Origin: an uncultured Roseicyclus sp.
GTDB taxonomy: Bacteria > Pseudomonadota > Alphaproteobacteria > Rhodobacterales > Rhodobacteraceae
Direction of reading: 5' to 3'
Assembly (NCBI GenBank): GCA_964629305.1
Contig: CAZVQL010000001.1
Location: forward strand, 1 to 62,330
DNA length: 62,330 nt
Made by a program: the position numbers and the translations under genes. The notes under the pieces were generated by a model. The model searched no databases. It was not told the DNA's origin and saw nothing but the letters and a program-made list of their open reading frames with translations. This document shows positions 56,449 to 62,330 of the stretch, piece after piece. The first letter of the stretch is position 1. Every line of letters starts with the position of its first letter.

Positions 56449-57038
56449 GGGTTCTTGGCCGATCTGTCCGACGAGAGCGAGGATTGTCCCCGCGCAACCA
56501 GTAATTCGATCGCGTCGGCCAGGTGGACCTTGTCGATGTTGTGATCGCCGCGTGCCACGCGGATCTTGTGCGCCTCGATCATCACGTCGGCGTGGCGGCA
56601 CCCCTCGGGCGGCTCGAAGCGGTAGGAGGCCAGTTCGATCCTGAGGCCCAGAGGATCCCGGAAATAGATCGAGTCCATGAAGCCCCGGTCCACCGGACCC
56701 GAATGCTTCACGCCCCGTGCATCCAGCCGTTCGGCGATCTGCCAGAAGGTCGCCTGGCTGACCGAAAGGGCAAGGTGATGCAGCGAGCCGGTCGCTTCGG
56801 GCACGGGGGCCGCGTCGGGCTTGCGCGTCTCGTTGGTGAACACGGTGATCAGCCGCCCGTCGCCCGGATCGAAATAGAGGTGCCCCTCGTTCCCGTCGTC
56901 GAGGTTTGGCTGGTCGAAGACAAAGGGCATTCCCAGCACGCCTTCCCAGAAATCGATGGTCGTCTGACGGTCGGCCCCGATCAGCGTGATGTGGTGCACG
57001 CCCTGGGTCTGGATCTTGCGCAGTTGCGTGTCGGTCAT
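56442..57038 (-). CDS. VOC (glyoxalase/bleomycin resistance/dioxygenase) family protein
   Basis: GVHHITL, HLYFDPGDG, LHHLAL, SIYFRDPLGLRIEL. AGGAG RBS. Confidence 0.85.
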   Translation of the reverse strand: MTDTQLRKIQTQGVHHITLIGADRQTTIDFWEGVLGMPFVFDQPNLDDGNEGHLYFDPGDGRLITVFTNETRKPDAAPVPEATGSLHHLALSVSQATFWQIAERLDARGVKHSGPVDRGFMDSIYFRDPLGLRIELASYRFEPPEGCRHADVMIEAHKIRVARGDHNIDKVHLADAIELLVARGQSSLSSDRSAKNPY

Positions 57039-57163
57039 GCCGCTCTCCTGTGTCTCTCGATTCAAACATAGGGCAAGGCGCTCGACACGTCCCGTGCGGC
57101 GTTGCACAGATGCTGTGACGCAAGCCGGGTCGCCGCGTGGCCCGAGGCGACACAGGAGGGACC

Positions 57164-58090
57164 ATGACGACCGAGCACCAGACCACCCACGACGCCGAGG
57201 ACGATCCGCGCAACCGCGATATCCTGATCTACGTGAACGGCGACCTGAAACACCGCGACGAGGCCAAGGTGTCGGTCTACGACAGCGGGTTCCTTCTGGG
57301 CGACGGCATGTGGGAGGGGATGCGCCTTTATGATGGGGTCTGGGCCTTCTTCGACGCGCATATGGATCGGTTCTTCGACTCGTGCCATGCGGTCAGCCTC
57401 GATGTGGGCATGGACCGCGCGGGCATCGCCGCGGCGATGGAGATGACGCGAACCGCCAACGGGATGGAGACGGATGCCCATTGTCGTTTGATGCTGACGC
57501 GCGGTGTGAAGGTGCGGCCGTTCCAGCACCCCTCGCTCAGCCGCTCAGGGCCCACGCTGGTGATCATCATGGAACATTCGAAGCCGGTGGACCGGCTTCA
57601 TTCCGCGGGGATCAGGCTGGCCAGCGTGCCGCAGGTCCGGGGCCTGCCGCATAGCCAGGACGCCAAGTTCAACAGCCATTCCAAGCTGAACTGTGTCATC
57701 GCCTGTCTGCAGGCCGAGCAGGCGGGGGCGGATGAGGCGCTGATGCTGGACCCGCATGGGTTCGTGAACACGACGAACGCCTGCAACTTCTTCATCGTGC
57801 GCAAGGGCGAGGTTTGGACCTCGACTGGGGATTACTGCATGAACGGGGTGACGCGGGCCAAGGTGATCGAGCTTTGCCGCAAGGACGGCATCCCGGTCTT
57901 CGAGAAGAACTATTCGCTTTACGAGGCGTATTCGGCGGACGAGGCCTTCCTGACCGGGACCTTTGGGGCGCAGACGCCCGTGGCCTCGATCGACGGCAAG
58001 CGGATCGGGGATGGCTCGCGGCCCATCACCGCGCGCATCCAGGGGCTCTACAAGCAGGCCGTGGCCGAGGACGTCGCGGCGCATCGGTAG
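57164..58090 (+). CDS. PLP fold-type IV aminotransferase (D-amino-acid or branched-chain type)
   Basis: DSGFLLGDGMWEGMR, EALMLD, GVTR, ADEAFLTGT. Confidence 0.88.
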   Translation: MTTEHQTTHDAEDDPRNRDILIYVNGDLKHRDEAKVSVYDSGFLLGDGMWEGMRLYDGVWAFFDAHMDRFFDSCHAVSLDVGMDRAGIAAAMEMTRTANGMETDAHCRLMLTRGVKVRPFQHPSLSRSGPTLVIIMEHSKPVDRLHSAGIRLASVPQVRGLPHSQDAKFNSHSKLNCVIACLQAEQAGADEALMLDPHGFVNTTNACNFFIVRKGEVWTSTGDYCMNGVTRAKVIELCRKDGIPVFEKNYSLYEAYSADEAFLTGTFGAQTPVASIDGKRIGDGSRPITARIQGLYKQAVAEDVAAHR

Positions 58091-58144
58091 GGTGGGCAAT
58101 TCTGCACACCGGGCCGGAGCGGTGGGCAGGTCTGCCCACCCTAC
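58087..58144. repeat. GTAG-family REP doublet (REPIN-like)
   Basis: GTAG-GGTGGGCA-ATTC-TGCACACC, 10-nt spacer, GGTGGGCA-GGTC-TGCCCACC-CTAC; two inverted REP hairpins. Confidence 0.7.
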
Positions 58145-60390
58145 GCTTTTTCCACCTCGACCAGCGCCGAATGGGCGCTGGTGCCCTGCCCGAGCCGCGA
58201 TGTGCCGACGTCGCGCGTCAGGACATTGGGGTTGCCGTTCGGGTCGATGTTGCCGCCCGGCGGGCCGACCCATGCGCCAGTGGGCAGCGCCACGACGCCG
58301 GGCAGGATATCCGCCGTCACCCTGGCCCGCGCGCGAACCGCGCCGCGGGTGTTGAAGACGCGGACAAGATCGCCGCTCGTGATGCCACGGGCGGCGGCGT
58401 CAAGTTCATGTATAAGAATAGTCTCGGGCCGTGCGCCTTCTACATCGGCCAGCGCCGCTTCAAGCTGGGAATGCAGCTTGTCGCCCGGTTGGGGTGAGAC
58501 GAGATGCAGGGGCGCCTCGGCCGTCGCCGCGCCGGGCCATTCGGTGGGCGGCAGCCAGACGGGGTGGCCGGGGCAATCGTCGTAGCCGAAACCATCGATC
58601 CGCTCGGAAAAGATCTCGATCCTGCCCGAGGGTGTTTTCAGCGGTGCGCTTTCGGGGTCAGCCCGGAACCGGCGGAGAAGCGGGTTCGGCTGTTCCTTTG
58701 CCGCGATGTCGAGCTTCACCCAATTCTTCGCGCGGAGGTCCTCCAGCGTGGGCACCGCGATGCCCGAGGCGGTCGCGCGGTGATGGAATCCTGCATAGAG
58801 GTGCTCGACCCACGCGCCTGCATCGCGCCCCTCGGTAAAGGCCTCGCCCACGCCGAGGCGTTCGGCCAGCCCTGCGAAGATCGCGTAGTCATCGCGCGCC
58901 TCGCCCACAGGCGGGATGAGCCGTGGCATGTGGAACAGGTAGTTGTCGAGCGGGCTGCGCCCGATATCCTCGCGCTCGTAGGGGGTGGTCGCGGGGAACA
59001 CGATATCGGCGCGCTGGGCGGTGGCGGTCCACCACGGTTCGTTGACGATGGTCGTCTCGGGCTGAAGCCACGCGCGGTGCAGGCGGTTCAGGTCCTGGTG
59101 GTGGTGGAACGGGTTGCCGCCTGCCCAGTAGACGAGCCTGATATCGGGGTAGGTCCGGCGTTCGCCGTTGAAGTCGTAGGGCTGACCGGGGTTCAGCAAC
59201 ATGTCGGCCACGCGAGCCACCGGGATCACGTCGGCCACGGGATTCGTGCCCTGCGGCAGGGTCATGCCGCCCACGCTTCGGAAATCTTTGCCGATGCCGC
59301 CAATGGCGCCGTAGCCATAGCCGACCCCACCGCCCGGCAGGCCGATCTGGCCCAGCATCGCCGCCAGCACGGCGGACATCCAGTAGGGCTGTTCGCCATG
59401 CTCCTGCCGTTGCAGCGACCAGGCGACGGTCATGAGCGTGCGGGTTTCAGCCATGCGGCGGGCAAGCGCGCGGATGGTGTCGGCGGGCACGCCTGTCAGT
59501 GGCGCGGCCCAGCCGGGGGATTTCGGTGTGCCGTCGCTTTCGCCCATCAGGTAAGGGCGGAAGCGGTCGAAGCCTGTCGTGTAGCGCTCGAGAAAGGCGT
59601 GATCCGTCAGCCCCTCGGTCTCCAGCACATGGGCCAGCGCCAGCATCAGCGCGGTGTCCGATCCGGGCCGGCAGGGGAGCCACTCGCACCCGTCGGGCGC
59701 ATCGCCACGCTGGGGGCCGATGTTGATGCGGGTCATGCCCGCCTCGGCGAAGCGGTCGAACCAGCCGGCGGTCTGATGTTCGGTGATGCCGCCCATCGAA
59801 ACCATGGAGTTCTTGGGGTTGATCCCCCCGAACATGACCAGCGTTTCGGTGTGTTCGGCGATGGTGGCGTAGCTGTCCTGCGCCTCGTAGGTGAGGGTCA
59901 GGAAGTTCTCGCCGAAAACATGGGGGATGATCGACTGCGCGCAGCCGGTGGAGTAGCTGCCGAAGCTTGCGACATAGCCACCGATGCAGTTGAGAAAGCG
60001 ATGGACCTGCCCCTGAGCATGGTGGAACCGCCCGGCCGAGGCCCAGCCGTAGGAGCCGCCGTAGATAGCAGTATTGCCATGAGTCTTGCGGATGCGGTCG
60101 ATCTCGGCCGCGGCGATATCCAGCGCCTCGTCCCAGGGGGGCGTGACGTAGTCGCCATCGCCCCGCCCCGCGCGGTCGCGGGTGGCAAGCCAGGCGCGGC
60201 GGATGGAGGGGCGGGCGATGCGGCTTTCGTGATGGACTGCGGCGGGCAGGATCGCTGGGATGCCCGGCGGCGCGGGGTCCGGGCCAAAGGGTCGGGTTTC
60301 GACGATGCGGTCGCCTTCGGTCACGACCTCGAAGGCGCCCCAGTGGCTTGTGGTGACGCGGGTTGCGCGCCCGGTGTCCGTGTCGCTCAT
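58141..60390 (-). CDS. Molybdopterin (bis-MGD) S/N-oxide reductase, BisC/TorA/DorA family, no Tat leader
   Basis: SHWGAF, YGGSYGWASAGRFHHAQ, YSTG (Ser ligand), WSLQRQEHGEQP, GGNPFHHHQD, LHSQL, GNPNVLT.D. Confidence 0.88.
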   Translation of the reverse strand: MSDTDTGRATRVTTSHWGAFEVVTEGDRIVETRPFGPDPAPPGIPAILPAAVHHESRIARPSIRRAWLATRDRAGRGDGDYVTPPWDEALDIAAAEIDRIRKTHGNTAIYGGSYGWASAGRFHHAQGQVHRFLNCIGGYVASFGSYSTGCAQSIIPHVFGENFLTLTYEAQDSYATIAEHTETLVMFGGINPKNSMVSMGGITEHQTAGWFDRFAEAGMTRINIGPQRGDAPDGCEWLPCRPGSDTALMLALAHVLETEGLTDHAFLERYTTGFDRFRPYLMGESDGTPKSPGWAAPLTGVPADTIRALARRMAETRTLMTVAWSLQRQEHGEQPYWMSAVLAAMLGQIGLPGGGVGYGYGAIGGIGKDFRSVGGMTLPQGTNPVADVIPVARVADMLLNPGQPYDFNGERRTYPDIRLVYWAGGNPFHHHQDLNRLHRAWLQPETTIVNEPWWTATAQRADIVFPATTPYEREDIGRSPLDNYLFHMPRLIPPVGEARDDYAIFAGLAERLGVGEAFTEGRDAGAWVEHLYAGFHHRATASGIAVPTLEDLRAKNWVKLDIAAKEQPNPLLRRFRADPESAPLKTPSGRIEIFSERIDGFGYDDCPGHPVWLPPTEWPGAATAEAPLHLVSPQPGDKLHSQLEAALADVEGARPETILIHELDAAARGITSGDLVRVFNTRGAVRARARVTADILPGVVALPTGAWVGPPGGNIDPNGNPNVLTRDVGTSRLGQGTSAHSALVEVEKA

Positions 60391-60560
60391 CAGGTCCCCT
60401 CCGACATTCGCGCGGCACAGTCTAGCTTGGTGCCGGGGGCGATGGAACGGATCGTCGTTCCGATTTCCGGTGATGATCCAGTTCACCAAGCCTCATGGAG
60501 CATGCCCTTGCGCCCGGCACGGGGCAGGGGCATCACTTGGGCCTGCAAGGGAGGATGGCC

Positions 60561-61553
60561 ATGACCATCAGGGTCGCGATCAACGGGTTCGGTCGGATCG
60601 GGCGCTCGGTCCTGCGGGCGTGGCTCAAGGGGGGCTGGCCCGAGGTCGAGATCGTCGCGCTGAACGATATCGCGCCGCTCGGCACCTGTGCGCATCTCTT
60701 TGAATACGACAGCGTCTTCGGGCCATGGCCCGAGAGGGTTACGGCGGGCGAGGGTGTCTTGCGGATCGGCGAGCGTGCGATCCCCTTCACGCAGGTGGCC
60801 GACCTTGCGCTGCTGGACCTGTCGGGTGTCGACGTGGTGATGGAATGCACCGGCCTTGCCCGCACGCGCAGTTTCGCCGAGGCGGGGCTCGACGCGGGGG
60901 CCGCGCGCGTGCTGGTCTCCGGCCCGTCGCCCGAGGCGGATGTGACCGTGGTGACCGGGGCGAATGACGACGCGCTTCAGGCGGTCCACCGGATCGTGTC
61001 GAACGCGTCCTGCACGACGAACGCGGTGGCGCCGCTGGCCGCGATGATCGACGCGGAATGGGGCCTTGAAAGCGCGTTGATGACGACGGTGCATTGCTAC
61101 ACGGGCAGCCAGCCCACGGTGGATGCGCCGATGGGCGACGACCTTGCGCGCAGCCGGGCCGCGGCCCTGAGCATGGTGCCGACGACGACCAGCGCTGCGC
61201 AATTGGTGGACGTGGTGCTACCGCATCTCGCGGGGCGCATCACGGGCTCGGCGGTGCGGGTGCCCGTCGCCTCGGTCTCTTGTGTGGACCTTGCGGTGAT
61301 CACGGGCGCGCGCCCGTCCGCCGAGGAGGCGAGGGCCTTTTTCGCAGACCATGCGGGGCCGATTGTCGGTTACACGGACCGGCCGCTCGTCTCGACCGAC
61401 CTGCGCGCGCGGCCCGAGTCGGTGATCGTGCAAGGCCCCGAGATCCGGCGCGCCAAGGGCGGCATGCTGCGCGTCTTTGGCTGGTATGACAATGAATGGG
61501 GCTTTTCGGCGCGGATGCTGGATGTGGCCCGCAAGATGGGAGAGATGGGATGA
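60561..61553 (+). CDS. gap: Type I glyceraldehyde-3-phosphate dehydrogenase family, divergent paralog
   Basis: INGFGRIGR, ECTG, SNASCTTNA, VHCYT, RVP, WYDNEWGFSARM. Confidence 0.8.
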   Translation: MTIRVAINGFGRIGRSVLRAWLKGGWPEVEIVALNDIAPLGTCAHLFEYDSVFGPWPERVTAGEGVLRIGERAIPFTQVADLALLDLSGVDVVMECTGLARTRSFAEAGLDAGAARVLVSGPSPEADVTVVTGANDDALQAVHRIVSNASCTTNAVAPLAAMIDAEWGLESALMTTVHCYTGSQPTVDAPMGDDLARSRAAALSMVPTTTSAAQLVDVVLPHLAGRITGSAVRVPVASVSCVDLAVITGARPSAEEARAFFADHAGPIVGYTDRPLVSTDLRARPESVIVQGPEIRRAKGGMLRVFGWYDNEWGFSARMLDVARKMGEMG

Positions 61554-62330
61554 GCGACTGGCAAAGCTGGATGCGTGAGGCGAATTTTGTCGGCGGCGCC
61601 TGGATCGGAGCTGACAGCGGGAAAACCATCGACGTGTCGAACCCGGCAACGGGTGAGGTGATCGGCACGGTGCCCGCCTGCGGCGAGGCCGAGACGATGC
61701 GCGCCATCGACGCGGCGGCGGGGGCCTTCGCCGATTTCGCGGCGATGGACCTGATGAGCCGTGTGGGCCTGTTGTGGAAGCTGCATGACGCGCTGATGGA
61801 CAACCAGGCGGCGCTGGCGGAGCTGCTGACCATCGAGATGGGCAAGCCCTTGGCCGAGGCGAAGGGCGAGATCGCCATTGGGGCGCAATACGTCCGTTGG
61901 TTCGCCGAAGAGGCGCGGCGCGCCAAGGGCGAGATCGTGCCGGCGGGCGTGAACGGGCGGCGGATCCTTGTCACCAAGCACCCCGTGGGCGTGGTGGGGA
62001 TGATCACGCCGTGGAACTTCCCCTCGTCCATGCTGGCGCGGAAGGTCGCGCCGGCGCTTGCCGTGGGCTGCCCTATCGTGGCCAAGCCCGCGACGGCGAC
62101 GCCCTATTCCGGTCTCGCCTGGGCGGCGCTGGCCGAAGAGGTGGGCTATGCGCCCGGTGTGGTGAACGTGCTCACGGGCTCGGCGCGGGCCATCGCGGGG
62201 GCGATGATGGCGCGGCCCGAGGTGCGCAAGGTGACCTTCACCGGCTCGACCGAGGTCGGCAAGGAGCTGATCCGCCAATCGGCCGACACGGTGAAGAAGG
62301 TGTCGATGGAACTGGGCGGCAACGCGCCCT
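61550..62330 (+). CDS. gabD: NAD(P)-dependent succinate-semialdehyde dehydrogenase-like ALDH, 3'-truncated
   Basis: Not in the ORF track because it has no stop in the window. ATGA overlap with gap; NPATGEVIG, EMGKPLAEAKGE, ITPWNFP, FTGSTEVGK, MELGGNAP. Confidence 0.8.
   Translation, partial: MSDWQSWMREANFVGGAWIGADSGKTIDVSNPATGEVIGTVPACGEAETMRAIDAAAGAFADFAAMDLMSRVGLLWKLHDALMDNQAALAELLTIEMGKPLAEAKGEIAIGAQYVRWFAEEARRAKGEIVPAGVNGRRILVTKHPVGVVGMITPWNFPSSMLARKVAPALAVGCPIVAKPATATPYSGLAWAALAEEVGYAPGVVNVLTGSARAIAGAMMARPEVRKVTFTGSTEVGKELIRQSADTVKKVSMELGGNAP

Noticed and set aside
61341-61373. Another TTCG...GTTAC pair inside gap
   Set aside because: The spacer is 24 nt, incompatible with the ECF promoter geometry.
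1-62330. CRISPR arrays, tRNA/rRNA, prophage, integrase or IS genes, defence systems
   Set aside because: None recognised by eye; nearly all sequence is explained by metabolic or regulatory CDSs. Small ncRNAs cannot be excluded without an Rfam/Infernal scan.

Overview
High-GC (about two-thirds G+C by eye) alphaproteobacterial chromosomal segment; gene content and order point to Rhodobacteraceae/Roseobacteraceae (inference). About 55 genes, with no rRNA, tRNA, CRISPR array, integrase or transposase recognised. Left third (about 3.6-19.6 kb) is an envelope/redox block: DUF302 - exported rhodanese - YeeE/YedE - an unannotated 57-aa Cys peptide; a YHS-domain protein followed by a class III CoA-transferase and a ThDP enzyme; a translationally coupled TTC38-like - opgC - opgD/G - opgH - secreted esterase operon; a SigF/EcfF-type ECF sigma with NrsF anti-sigma; and a peroxiredoxin-like gene opposite an AraC regulator. 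The best candidate for an undescribed system is here. The motif GTAAC-N16/17-CGAA, the known SigF/EcfF promoter type, sits in intergenic DNA in front of the sigma gene, the YHS gene and the TTC38-opg operon. This suggests an oxidant-sensing sigma factor controls periplasmic glucan synthesis, acylation and possibly de-acylation. The middle and right carry sugar-acid and deoxysugar catabolism: a hexuronate cluster with two deletion-damaged genes (one a MalK/GH88-like chimera), an orphan aldose isomerase-AraC-ABC unit, a complete rha locus, DUF3179, and the tetronate (ltnD/denD/otnIKC) pathway. The window ends with a VOC protein, a class IV aminotransferase, a REP doublet supplying both stop codons of a convergent gene pair, a BisC/TorA-like molybdoenzyme, a divergent gap paralog and a partial gabD. 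All product calls come from motif recognition by eye; no database searches were run.
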